From: an uncultured Pseudomonadota bacterium
GTDB lineage: Bacteria > Oederibacteriota > Muellerivitia > Muellerivitales > Muellerivitaceae
DNA: 64,000 nt
Reading direction: 5' to 3'
NCBI GenBank assembly: GCA_963770835.1
Contig: CAVYRH010000008.1
Coordinates: 64,001-128,000 of the forward strand
A program made the translations under genes and the position numbers. The notes below the pieces were generated by a model. The model worked only from the letters and a program-made list of their open reading frames with translations, had not been told where the DNA came from and ran no database searches. The first letter of the stretch is position 1; every line of letters begins with the position of its first letter. This document shows positions 30,106-39,058 of this stretch, in pieces.

Positions 30106-30390
30106 TCATTCCTCACAGAAGACCTCTTTCATCAGGGCCATCAGTTTCAGCATCTTGGGATTGGTGATGGTGTAATAGATCATGTTCCCTTCCCGGCGCG
30201 TGGTCACCAGGTTGCGGAAGCGCATCTGGAAAAGGTGCTGGGAAACGTTGGATTGGCTGGTGCCGAGGGCTTCGGTGAGTTCCTGGACGTTTTTTTCACC
30301 CTCCGCCAGCAGGGCCAATACGGTCAGCCGGAAAGGATGGGCGATGGCCTTAATGCAATCGGCTGATTTTTTGATGTGGGCTGTTTTCAT
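30106..30390 (-). CDS. ArsR/SmtB-family repressor, probably persulfide-sensing (BigR/SqrR-like)
   Basis: KAIAHPFRL, EKNVQEL, SQSNVSQHL, C-terminal FC; heads the sulfurtransferase cluster. Confidence 0.85.
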   Translation of the reverse strand: MKTAHIKKSADCIKAIAHPFRLTVLALLAEGEKNVQELTEALGTSQSNVSQHLFQMRFRNLVTTRREGNMIYYTITNPKMLKLMALMKEVFCEE

Positions 30391-30411
30391 TTTCCGAACC
30401 TCTATATCTAC

Positions 30412-30427
30412 ATTAGATAATACTAAT
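30412..30427. promoter_or_regulatory. Candidate ArsR-family operator
   Basis: Palindrome ATTAG-N6-CTAAT just upstream of the repressor start. Confidence 0.6.
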
Positions 30428-30675
30428 ATAGTAATTGAAGTCAAGTGCTTTTTGGGGAACTCTAGGACAATCTCGGGGTGACTTTTCAGATGCAATAAGG
30501 CTGTGAAAAATGAAATCCCCTTTGTCTACCTCATCTCCCCGTCGCGGACAATAGTTTTTTCAAAACCCTTTTTAAGAAATAATTAGTGAACCACTTTGTG
30601 TCTGCCTACCTTTTTTGTACCGGCAAAACCACATGGCATTTATTATGAACCCCGCACTAGCATGGATGATTTGGC

Positions 30676-31269
30676 CTATAAAACGAAAAAGCTGAGGCCC
30701 GCCTGAATGGGAACAAAAATCGCCGGATTGTCTGAGGAAGCCAGGCCGCCTTGCGAGACGAAATCCAGATCCATCCTGGCCTGAACGAAAAAACCTGCCA
30801 CGTCGGCCACTCGCACGAGCACCCCTATTCCCGGGGACATTAAAAAATCAGGTTCACTATTGGAATGCTCGACGCCCGCTGGGGACGACAGGTTCGTGGT
30901 ATTAACCGCGACCCCCGCCCCCCAAAAAAGGTAAGGGTGCACCGGGCTTTCAAGGAGGTTGTACCGCGCCACCACCATCAACGGCACATATGAGAAACTC
31001 TCGGTGGTTCCAGGCGCCGGATTTTTGAGGTTATAGACGTAATTGCCCGCATCCAGGGATAGGCTAAAATCGGTGGTGAACCGGTAACCAACAAGAATAT
31101 CCCAACCGTACCCCCAGTTGAACGCCTGGGAGGAGTTGGGGCTTGTGGGGACCGAGAAACTTCCATCCACCGACTCAATCCATTGTTTGTCGGGTGCCAA
31201 GTCGGCTTGGGCCCAAAGGGTTGAAATCGGAACCACTAAACCGAATGCGATTAAGCATAAAGTTTTCAT
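30676..31269 (-). CDS. Small outer-membrane beta-barrel protein
   Basis: Signal peptide; GYRF, HPYLFWGAGV, alternating strands; GGAGG RBS. Confidence 0.8.
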   Translation of the reverse strand: MKTLCLIAFGLVVPISTLWAQADLAPDKQWIESVDGSFSVPTSPNSSQAFNWGYGWDILVGYRFTTDFSLSLDAGNYVYNLKNPAPGTTESFSYVPLMVVARYNLLESPVHPYLFWGAGVAVNTTNLSSPAGVEHSNSEPDFLMSPGIGVLVRVADVAGFFVQARMDLDFVSQGGLASSDNPAIFVPIQAGLSFFVL

Positions 31270-31362
31270 TTTTCCTCCCATTGGAAAATAGTAACCTGTT
31301 CCCATGGCTGTTCGCAGATGGGGAACGAAGTTGGCAAGCTTCCTGCCTTGTCCCTGGAAACT

Positions 31363-32514
31363 TCAACCGGTCGGTTGCCTTTTGGCTTCCAGGAGTTGCC
31401 GGTACCACTGAAGGTGCAGGTTGACCCAGGGGCCCAGGCTGAAACGCAAGGCCATAGGGCGGCTTTCGCGGCGGAACCGCGCCGTTAGGGCTTTCGATTT
31501 CAAAACCCGCGCTAGGACGCGGGCCCATTCGCCGGGATTATCCGTGTCCAGGACGATCCCGCCGCGGGCTTCACCGGGCCCCCTTTCCAATATCTCCGCG
31601 ACGCCTCCGCCCCGCCGGGCCACAACCGGACGGCCGCAGGCAAGCGCCTCGGCCACCGCCATGCCGAAGGATTCGGCCCGGGCCATGTGGACCGCCACGT
31701 CCAGGCCCGATAGGAACCCGGGGACGTCTTGGACCCTTCCCTCATAAACAACGGCTTTTTCCAAACCCAACTTGCTTCGCAAGGCCATCAGGCGGTCATG
31801 GAACCACGCCTCATCCGGTGAGTAATTTCCCGCGATCCTGAACCGCGCCCTAGGCCTTTTCGCCAGGAGTTTGGAGGCAGCACGCAGGAAAAGCTCATGC
31901 CCCTTTCCGGGCGTGATCCGGGCCACCATGCCGATGACTTCTTGGCCCTCCCAGCCCCAGGCTTTCCGGTGCCGCTTGCGGGCTTCCGGATCGGCGTGGA
32001 AACGCCGGGTGTCCACCGGCGCGAAGGCCGTCCTCACCTTCTCAGGATCAACGGGGCAGGTCTCGATCACGTTCCGCCGGATAAAATCGGAGCAGGCCAA
32101 AAGGAGGTCCACCCGCCGGTAAAGCCAACGGTGGAGAAAATCCTTTTTCAGGATGGAGGAAGCGACGTGTTTAGAGAGGACCAGGGGGCCCTTCCAGCCC
32201 TCCAAGGCCAGGGCGGGCACTACCGTCGATAAATCCCTTGAGTGGTGGAGATGGATGAGGTCCGGCGGGTCTTTCCGCAACGCTTGGCGGAACCTCCAGA
32301 TGCCGAGCGGGTGAAAATGCCCGCTGAAGTGGAACGGCCCGGGGGAAAGCCCCCCCTCCACCGCCTTTCGCCCCAAAAACGAATCCGGATCGGCCCACAC
32401 CGAGACTTGTTGGCCCTTTTCCCGCAAGCCGGGGGCCAGCATCAACGGGACCAATTCCATCCCTCCTTCCCCGAGGGAGGAAACGGCCTGGACGATGCGC
32501 AGGTGGCTGTTCAT
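31363..32514 (-). CDS. Glycosyltransferase family 4
   Basis: GGME, VARITPGKGH, ESFGMAVAEALACGRPVVA; start approximate. Confidence 0.9.
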   Translation of the reverse strand: MNSHLRIVQAVSSLGEGGMELVPLMLAPGLREKGQQVSVWADPDSFLGRKAVEGGLSPGPFHFSGHFHPLGIWRFRQALRKDPPDLIHLHHSRDLSTVVPALALEGWKGPLVLSKHVASSILKKDFLHRWLYRRVDLLLACSDFIRRNVIETCPVDPEKVRTAFAPVDTRRFHADPEARKRHRKAWGWEGQEVIGMVARITPGKGHELFLRAASKLLAKRPRARFRIAGNYSPDEAWFHDRLMALRSKLGLEKAVVYEGRVQDVPGFLSGLDVAVHMARAESFGMAVAEALACGRPVVARRGGGVAEILERGPGEARGGIVLDTDNPGEWARVLARVLKSKALTARFRRESRPMALRFSLGPWVNLHLQWYRQLLEAKRQPTG

Positions 32515-32661
32515 TTTCGAGTTTGTTCCCCTTAGGTGCGATATCCCATATTTAATTAAACGGCATTTGGGCCCGCCCATAGGTGTGGCAGGCCGGACCC
32601 TTATTCAAGTCTGCCGTTTCCAATTTACACGCCGGGGCGGGGCCGGATCAATCGCCCGGCG

Positions 32662-32940
32662 TTATTCGCCGGATGCCCGTTGAAAAAACTCCTGGACATC
32701 CCGGCAGGCCTCTTCCGCGTCATCCCCTTGGAAGGTGAATTCCAATTCCGCCCCCTTGCCCGCCCCGAGCGAGACCAACCCAACGATGCTCTTGGCGTTC
32801 GCCCATTTGTAACCGTTACGGACGGCAATCTCGCATTGATACCGGTTCGCGATAAGGGCCAGGTTGGGCGCGGACCTCAAATGGGGGCCCCGGGAACCTT
32901 GAACGATGATCTTTTCGACGATTTCCACGCGGTTCCTCAC
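32662..32940 (-). CDS. HPr-family protein (His15 and Ser46 equivalents present)
   Basis: GPHLRSA, NAKSIVGLVSLGAGKG, GDDAEEA. Confidence 0.88.
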   Translation of the reverse strand: MRNRVEIVEKIIVQGSRGPHLRSAPNLALIANRYQCEIAVRNGYKWANAKSIVGLVSLGAGKGAELEFTFQGDDAEEACRDVQEFFQRASGE

Positions 32941-33010
32941 GAGCCCGGTTTACGGCCCATTCCCAAAACCAGGCCTCTTTTGCGCGCTTCGCCGCCGGTG
33001 GGATGGCTTT

Positions 33011-33193
33011 TCATTTGTTTCCTTCCCATTTCCGGGCCGAAGTTTCCTGGAGGTGAAGCCCGTTTTCCTTCTGGTCCATCAGGAAACAATCGGTGCAATC
33101 CAGGATATGGTCGGCGATGATTTCCCTTTCTTGCGCCGGCAATTTTCCGAGGATGTAGGCCTTGTATTTCTTTTTAACTTGTTCACAGTTCAT
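33011..33193 (-). CDS. Stand-alone zf-HC2 (zinc anti-sigma) domain protein
   Basis: MNCEQV....AYILGKL...HILDCTDC; overlaps the upstream stop (ATGA); GGAGG RBS; no TM. Confidence 0.8.
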   Translation of the reverse strand: MNCEQVKKKYKAYILGKLPAQEREIIADHILDCTDCFLMDQKENGLHLQETSARKWEGNK

Positions 33194-33507
33194 GAAACAC
33201 CTCCGTTTTTAAACTGGACCCTTCCTTCTTTCGGGGCCGATGCGCTTTGGGTGATAAACCGGCTTATGCTGGAATCCCGGATGGACTTGAGGGCTTCCTC
33301 CTCGTCGATTCCATCGAGGCCCACTTCCACCCTCCACAAATCGGGGCGGATGCGGGACAGCACCTCCAGTAATTTCTTCCCGTCGATCTTAATTTCATCG
33401 TCATGGATGCTGATGTGGCAGTGAACCTCCCGGGCGATGCGGACTATGTCGGTCAAGGCCCAGGCGGGGAGCCCCGGTTTATTTTGGAGCGTTATTTTTT
33501 TTGACAT
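33190..33507 (-). CDS. Degenerate HPr-fold protein lacking both phosphorylation sites
   Basis: KKITLQNKPGLPAW (His replaced by Pro), IDGKKLL (Ser replaced by Lys), GIDEEEAL. Confidence 0.7.
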   Translation of the reverse strand: MSKKITLQNKPGLPAWALTDIVRIAREVHCHISIHDDEIKIDGKKLLEVLSRIRPDLWRVEVGLDGIDEEEALKSIRDSSISRFITQSASAPKEGRVQFKNGGVS

Positions 33508-33569
33508 TTTTTCCTCTTTTCCATGTTGGGGTTGGGAACGCGTCCGCGGATAGTTTCTTCCGGACGCGC

Positions 33570-33598
33570 AAAGAAAGGATCATCCCGGTGGATGACCC
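33570..33598 (-). terminator. Terminator/attenuator-like hairpin 17 nt after LRI ORF A
   Basis: Minus strand GGGTCATCC-ACCG-GGATGATCC-TTTCTTT. Confidence 0.6.
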
Positions 33599-33615
33599 GG
33601 ATTTCGGAAAAAATC

Positions 33616-33972
33616 TCAGATTCGCAGGGGAATGGGGACGGTCGATGGAAAAGCCGTTCTTCCAAAAGAGGCGGGAGCCGCTTGTGCCGTCACGCGGAAA
33701 GCGAAAACGGAAAATGGGGAATTGGGAGACAATCGGGCGCAAGGCTTGAAATTGTTGAATTTATTCCCGGCTTGAAGGGATTGGCAGTTGAGCTGGCTTA
33801 AAAACCTCTTGCCGAAAGCCTGGCGGTTGGAACGGCGGAGGGTGTCTTGGGCGCCGTAATTACCGTTGGCGCGGACCATCACCATGGCCAGTTCCCGGCA
33901 GGCCAGGGGAAGCAGGGCGGCGGCCACGAGGAAAGCCAATAGGTTTTTCCGGGAAGAGGTTAACTTCGGCAT
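33616..33972 (-). CDS. LRI-stop small membrane-targeted protein A (candidate leader/arrest peptide)
   Basis: 118 aa; hydrophobic N-terminus with PLACRE; ends PLRI-TGA; AGGGAGG RBS; close paralog of 35554..35910. Confidence 0.8.
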   Translation of the reverse strand: MPKLTSSRKNLLAFLVAAALLPLACRELAMVMVRANGNYGAQDTLRRSNRQAFGKRFLSQLNCQSLQAGNKFNNFKPCARLSPNSPFSVFAFRVTAQAAPASFGRTAFPSTVPIPLRI

Positions 33973-34036
33973 ATTTTCAAACCGTCCCTCCCTAAAAGGT
34001 GGAAGCCCCGGGGTGCGCCCGGCCGTGAGGCGCCGG

Positions 34037-35290
34037 TCATCCGGCCGCCATCGCTTTCACCGGTTTCCCGTTCGCCTGGAAGGCCTCCACCGATCCGTCT
34101 CGAAGGGTCAAGAGGACCTTTAAGCCCTTCCCCGACCCGGTGAACCGGACTCCTTTCACGCCGGTATCCAGGAAGAGGGGCTTGCCCCCGGTTTCCAGCA
34201 AAAAGGCGTCCCTTGTATCGCCGACCAGCTTCACCGTGCGGCTGTTGTCGTCGCTCTGGAAGAGAATCTCACCGGCGGCTTCTTTGGGGGCGGTATAGCT
34301 GGGGGTTTCGCCGGAACGGTTATAGGGCCCCGGCCCGCCCTGGGCCTGCGGTTCCTCGCCGTTATCCAGGGGCGGGTTGTTGTAACCGCCGTCACTGTTC
34401 GAAGGCACATATTGGCCGTTTTCATTGATATAAACCGTGTTGGTCGCGGGGTTGGGCCAGTTCCAGCACCCATTGTCCCAATAGTCCCAATTGCCGTACC
34501 AGGGGTCGTTCCACCAAAACTGGCCGCCATAATACTGGGTCCAAAAGCAGCCGCCGCCGCCGTACCAGCCGTACCAGTTGCAGCCGAACCCGTCGCAATA
34601 ATTGCAATAGTTCCACCCGTTGTAGCTATGCCAGAAGTATTGGTTGCGGTTGTTTTCGGCGGTACGGTTGAACCCGTTGAGCTGGGACTTGAAGTTCCGG
34701 TCCCCGGTAATGGAGTTCATTTGGTTGCGCACGAAGCCGGAGTTCATCTGGCGGGGCGAGAAGGCCGAGCCCGAAAGGCGCTGGCCGTAGGGGCCCCGGG
34801 AGGGCATCCGCGCCGAGGAACGCTGCATATTCCCCGGGAAGGACCGGCCGTTGGAGCGCCCGGTGAGGGAATTCCGGTTGAAGAACTGGGAACCCATGGA
34901 ACGGTTCCCGTTGAAGTTATTGCCGCGATAGTTCCGGTTGAAGCCGTTGGTGTTTCCATAAGCCCGGTTGAAAGACTGGTTCCGTCCTCCCCAAAAGCCC
35001 CGGTTGCCCCGGAAAGAAGACCCGTAATAGGAACGGGAACTTCCCCGGTAAAAGTTCCCAAAACCCCGGTTGCCGCCGCTGAAGCCCCCTCGAAAACCGC
35101 CTCCCCAGCCGCCATGGCCGCTCCAGGTGGAGTTGCCGTCGCTGAAACCCCCTCCGCCGCCACGGCTGCCGCCGCTGAAGCCCCCTCCGCCGCCCCCACG
35201 GCCGCCGCCCCCGCCCCCTCCGCCATGGGATGGCAAGGCCGCCGCCGGAAGCAACAAGGTCAGGGAAAAGATGAAGATTAGTTTTTTCAT
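34037..35290 (-). CDS. Secreted Gly/Arg/Asn-rich protein with Trp/Tyr/Cys-rich domain (paralog 1)
   Basis: Signal peptide, poly-G/RGG tract, WHSYNGWNYCNY...FWTQYY.G.FWW.DPWYGNWDYW, C-terminal DAFL...KPLFLDT domain. Confidence 0.85.
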   Translation of the reverse strand: MKKLIFIFSLTLLLPAAALPSHGGGGGGGGRGGGGGGFSGGSRGGGGGFSDGNSTWSGHGGWGGGFRGGFSGGNRGFGNFYRGSSRSYYGSSFRGNRGFWGGRNQSFNRAYGNTNGFNRNYRGNNFNGNRSMGSQFFNRNSLTGRSNGRSFPGNMQRSSARMPSRGPYGQRLSGSAFSPRQMNSGFVRNQMNSITGDRNFKSQLNGFNRTAENNRNQYFWHSYNGWNYCNYCDGFGCNWYGWYGGGGCFWTQYYGGQFWWNDPWYGNWDYWDNGCWNWPNPATNTVYINENGQYVPSNSDGGYNNPPLDNGEEPQAQGGPGPYNRSGETPSYTAPKEAAGEILFQSDDNSRTVKLVGDTRDAFLLETGGKPLFLDTGVKGVRFTGSGKGLKVLLTLRDGSVEAFQANGKPVKAMAAG

Positions 35291-35349
35291 GTCGCACCGC
35301 CTAAAGGATTCGGGCCCTTCGTACCGTTCGGCCCCAATCCCACCTCTTA

Positions 35350-35383
35350 CTGTTTGGACGTTCCAGCCTGTAAAAATAATTCC
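35350..35383 (-). promoter_or_regulatory. ECF-sigma-like promoter
   Basis: GGAATT-N17-CGTCCAAACAG upstream of Gly-rich paralog 1. Confidence 0.6.
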
Positions 35384-35468
35384 GCCTTAAACCCGCCCTT
35401 CTGGATTCGGAAAATTTTATTTTTGGATCTCACGGATTTTTTCGGTTTGTTTAAAAATCACTTCATCG

Positions 35469-35527
35469 AAAAGGGGAGACGCGGAATGATCCCTTGAAAA
35501 AAACACGGACAAGGAATCATCCGCGTC
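35469..35527 (-). terminator. Long hairpin after LRI ORF B
   Basis: GACGCGGATGATTCCTTG...CAAGGGATCATTCCGCGTC then TCCCCTTTT. Confidence 0.55.
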
Positions 35528-35553
35528 GGGCAATCAGTATTTCGGGGGAATTC

Positions 35554-35910
35554 TCAGATTCGTAACGGGGTAAGAACAGCGGCTGGAAAAGCCCCTTCCC
35601 CGAAAGCGGCGGGAGCCGCCTTTGCCGTGACCAACTCGGCAGAAAGGGACAAGGGGGTACGGGGGGAGAACCCGGTGCAAGGCTTGAAATTCGTGAATTT
35701 GTTCCCGGCTTGGAGGGATTGATTGTTGAGCTGGCTCAAAAACCTTTTGCCGAAGCACTGGCGGTTGGACTGGCGCAAATTATCTTGGGTGCTGTAACCG
35801 GCGTTGGAGCGGATAAGCACCATGACCAGCTCCCGGCAGGCCAGGGGGGGCAGCACGGAAAGGACTATTAAAACCAGCAGGTTTTTTTGAAAACCCGTTA
35901 ACTTCGTCAT
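35554..35910 (-). CDS. LRI-stop small membrane-targeted protein B
   Basis: 118 aa; PLACREL, FGKRFLSQLN.QSLQAGNKF.NFKPC shared with A; ends PLRI-TGA. Confidence 0.8.
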   Translation of the reverse strand: MTKLTGFQKNLLVLIVLSVLPPLACRELVMVLIRSNAGYSTQDNLRQSNRQCFGKRFLSQLNNQSLQAGNKFTNFKPCTGFSPRTPLSLSAELVTAKAAPAAFGEGAFPAAVLTPLRI

Positions 35911-36140
35911 GATTTAACCCTACTCTTCCGCCCGGTAAGTTTCAAGGCCACTCCCGCGCGGCGGGCCACTCGAGACCACAAGTCGAGTGGGGTGGTTGCC
36001 CGCGCAAATTTATTAAGAAATCTGTAGAAAAGGCCGAAGAAAGGCCTGATTGGCATGAACTGCCGGTTGTGAAAGCTTCTTTACAATGGGCCATAATCTA
36101 AAGGCCGGGCCTCTTTATTCCGAAAGGAATCGGGGCGGAT

Positions 36141-36821
36141 TTAGTGCGGCGCGCAATAAAGCACCTGGGTCGCGAGGCAGGTGCCGCAGGTGTCATAGGC
36201 GCAGCCCAGGTAGGCGGCCCAAGAAAAGGCCCCCTCCATCAGGCTTGCCTTGGATTCGCAGTCGGTGAGCACGGTGGAGCAGGGCCCCTCGCAGGCGGAT
36301 TGCAGGGAACTTTTCATGCAGGACCAAAAGCCGTGGACGGCCTGCGTCTGGTAACCCGCCGGGGTCTTGACTGCGGTAAATTCCTTGACCATCAAGGGAT
36401 CCCGGTCCTGGGCGACCTCGAGCGCCCGGTAGGTGTTGACCCCGTCCGAGAGGTATTCCAGCGCGGCCGCGTCCGGGGACCCCACTTGGTCCAGGTCGTA
36501 AACGCGCCACGTCATGGTGACGGCCTTCCCGTCGCGGGTGACCGTCCCCCCCACGCCCCAGTCCCCGTTGGACCAGCGGCTGGTGAGGGTGTAACCCATG
36601 GACGCCGCACCCGCGACCAGGGCTTTCCAGGCGTCATCCAACGCCATCATGGTCGTATAATCGCTTTTCAACTCATCCAGCCCAAGGGTTTGCAACGGCC
36701 CATTCCCGCCCGATTGCGCGCAAGCTTGGGACGCAACCCACAGGGCGAACACCGCTCCCCATGCCCAAAAGGATGCCCCCTTCGCGGGGCCGCGACAGCT
36801 TCTGCGTTTAATGAAATCCAT
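36141..36821 (-). CDS. Secreted protein with an 8-Cys C-terminal domain
   Basis: AAGGAGG RBS; signal-like segment; C-terminal FWSC...C...C...C...C...C..C...C. Confidence 0.8.
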   Translation of the reverse strand: MDFIKRRSCRGPAKGASFWAWGAVFALWVASQACAQSGGNGPLQTLGLDELKSDYTTMMALDDAWKALVAGAASMGYTLTSRWSNGDWGVGGTVTRDGKAVTMTWRVYDLDQVGSPDAAALEYLSDGVNTYRALEVAQDRDPLMVKEFTAVKTPAGYQTQAVHGFWSCMKSSLQSACEGPCSTVLTDCESKASLMEGAFSWAAYLGCAYDTCGTCLATQVLYCAPH

Positions 36822-37152
36822 GGCGAACCTCCTTGGCTCAAAGTCTACTTTTATTGGACACCCGCGAATTCCGGGAATTCAAGGCGGTGCATGCGGAAAG
36901 AGGGCCGCCTTCGGAACGTTCTTCCCATGTTTATTGAATCGGCTTATGAGAATTAGGCTGACGCCTTTTCGACACGGGTCGAAGCGCGGGCGGGAAGCCA
37001 AGCGAATGGGTATGAGTGGCCCGGCCATGAAACTGGCGGCCCCACACCCCTTGTGGGGCTGTTTCATACCATAACCCAGGGTTATCTTCCGGACGGGGGC
37101 CGGGTTTCAACTGTCTTAAAAAGGCAAATCTCCTTATGTTTAACCCAATTGC

Positions 37153-37186
37153 GTAACCTTTGCGGCCCATCGGCCGTCTAAAATAG
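37153..37186 (+). promoter_or_regulatory. ECF-sigma-like promoter
   Basis: GTAACC-N16-CGTCTAAAATAG, followed by AAGGA RBS and ATG 37205. Confidence 0.65.
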
Positions 37187-37204
37187 GCAAAAGGAACGGT
37201 ATTA

Positions 37205-37561
37205 ATGGTACTGCAACCCCAAAACCGAGCCCAAACCCAACCCTCTTTTTTTAAAGCCGGGGCCGCTTTCCTCGTCTTCATCATCACCTTCTTATCCTTT
37301 GTTCCGGGCGGGTCCATCTCGCTTAAAGTTTCCACTATTTCCCATTCAAGCATCCCATCCACCGGCCACTGGCGGGCCAGCCGGCGCATTTATCCCAACC
37401 AGCAGGCCTCCAGCAAATCCGCAGTGGAAGTTCCCTTCAACTTCTATCCGCCCCAAACCTCCCCGGAAAGGATTTTCCGGGTGGCGCAAGACCGCAATGC
37501 CGCCGTTCCCCCTTTGAACCGCCGTTCCCCCGCCGTGCTTTTCTCCGTCTTACGCATTTAA
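37205..37561 (+). CDS. LRI-stop small membrane-targeted protein D
   Basis: 118 aa; TM AAFLVFIITFLSFV; ends VLRI-TAA; followed by a C/T-rich spacer. Confidence 0.7.
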   Translation: MVLQPQNRAQTQPSFFKAGAAFLVFIITFLSFVPGGSISLKVSTISHSSIPSTGHWRASRRIYPNQQASSKSAVEVPFNFYPPQTSPERIFRVAQDRNAAVPPLNRRSPAVLFSVLRI

Positions 37562-37661
37562 TCTAACCCGCCGTTCCCCCGGGCATTTAAAAACCGCCCA
37601 CCCCTTGTTTCCGATTTTCCGTTTTTAAACATTTTAATTTTTACAACTGAAGGAGAAACCC

Positions 37662-37835
37662 ATGCGATGGAAAGAAATACTGATCGGCGCCGGCATTTAC
37701 CTGTTGGTCATCCTGTCGGGTTACGAAGTCCCTTTTTTCATCCATCTTGTTAAAGCCCATTGCCAAACTCTTATCGCGTTCGGAAAAGAAGAACGAGCGG
37801 TTTGGCGTTTCGCGGTTCACAGCTTCGGGCTTTAA
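37662..37835 (+). CDS. 57-aa membrane peptide (below the ORF-track cut-off)
   Basis: AAGGAGA RBS; MRWKEILIGAGIYLLVILSGYEVPFFIHLVKAHCQ...HSFGL-TAA. Confidence 0.65.
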   Translation: MRWKEILIGAGIYLLVILSGYEVPFFIHLVKAHCQTLIAFGKEERAVWRFAVHSFGL

Positions 37836-37905
37836 CCTCGGGCTAAAAAAACCAACCTACAACGCGGCCGGCCCCTTAGGAGCCGCCGCCAGAAAGGAAA
37901 AAAAC

Positions 37906-38559
37906 ATGAATTTTTATATCTCAATCTCCCAGCTGATCCAAGCCGCCGAGGGCCTGGAAAAAAACCTGAGTCTCCTGGCCGAAAGGGCTTTCCGGGTCTG
38001 TCCCCGGGATGCCCGCGCAAACCGGGATCTTCTGGGGCAATGCGCGGAGCAAGTGGGGGCAGCCAGGGAAACCTTGGGAAAGAAGGTCCTCCTCAGCAAG
38101 ACGGCGCTGCGCCACGCGGCCATGCTTTCCCAAATTTTCGGCCTTTGCTTCCGCCGGATGGTTCTCCTGGGGTCCACCGTGGCGGGCATCGAAAAGGAGG
38201 ATGGGGAATACGCCCAAACCGTCCTGTATTTATTCTCAGGAGCCCACCGCCACTTTGTCCTGTTCCAGGAAACCCTGGCCAAGCTGACTTGCGTTCCCCT
38301 GGCATTGGAATTTCAGCCTCCCGCGGATCAAACGGAAAGCGCCATGGGTGTTTTCCAGCGGGAGGAATCCTACCGCCGGGAGATGCTGGGCCTTTTGGAA
38401 AAAGCCCTCGAGCTTTTCAACGAGGAGCGGGAATTGTATGACTCGTTCCAATCGATCAGGCAGGATCTTTTGGAAGCGAAGCGAAAAACGAGGCGGCTCT
38501 TAATCGTCCAGGCGGCTCCCAAAGCCGTCCCGCCTTCGCCGGTATTGGCGCGGAGCTGA
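37906..38559 (+). CDS. Helical hypothetical protein, possibly degenerate ferritin-like
   Basis: AAAGGA RBS before ATG 37906; all-alpha pattern with HRHF...ETL and EESY; fold is a guess. Confidence 0.65.
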   Translation: MNFYISISQLIQAAEGLEKNLSLLAERAFRVCPRDARANRDLLGQCAEQVGAARETLGKKVLLSKTALRHAAMLSQIFGLCFRRMVLLGSTVAGIEKEDGEYAQTVLYLFSGAHRHFVLFQETLAKLTCVPLALEFQPPADQTESAMGVFQREESYRREMLGLLEKALELFNEERELYDSFQSIRQDLLEAKRKTRRLLIVQAAPKAVPPSPVLARS

Positions 38560-38609
38560 CGAGCCGTCTGTCCCTGAAGTGGTCGTGAAGTGAAGAAATT
38601 TATGTATGA

Positions 38610-38660
38610 AAAAACGGCGCCCCGGGATGTGGAATCCATCCCAAGGCGCCGTTTCCTTTT
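38610..38660. terminator. Bidirectional terminator between convergent genes
   Basis: AAACGGCGCC..GGGATG...CATCCC..GGCGCCGTTT. Confidence 0.75.
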
Positions 38661-38672
38661 AACCCTCCGAAA

Positions 38673-38933
38673 TTAAGCAGGGGTCTTCACCGCCAGATCC
38701 ACCAGTAGTGCCATGATGGCTTCCCGGGCATCCCCTCCCTCGGCGGTGATTTCGAGATTGTTACCCTTGGCGGCAAGCAAACCGATGATTTCGACGAAAC
38801 TTTTGGCGTCGACAACCACCTTTCCTTTTTGAATCTGTATTCGGGATTTAAACCGGGATGCGGTCTTTTGAAACTCCGACAACGTCCTTATTTGAAACTT
38901 AGATGGGTGTGGAATAGTGACTTTTTTAACCAT
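38673..38933 (-). CDS. Crh-like HPr paralog (Gln at the His15 position, Ser46 kept)
   Basis: KKVTIPHPSKFQIR, VDAKSF, LEITAEGGDAREA; AAGGAG RBS. Confidence 0.85.
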   Translation of the reverse strand: MVKKVTIPHPSKFQIRTLSEFQKTASRFKSRIQIQKGKVVVDAKSFVEIIGLLAAKGNNLEITAEGGDAREAIMALLVDLAVKTPA

Positions 38934-39058
38934 TGGGAGGCTCCTTTATTGAGTCTTTTTATTTGGATTTTTCGCGTAACACGCATGGGAAACGGCATAA
39001 AAATACACTAGTGCGGGGTTTGTCCGCGGAACATCAGCCACTCAATTTTGGGGAAGCC

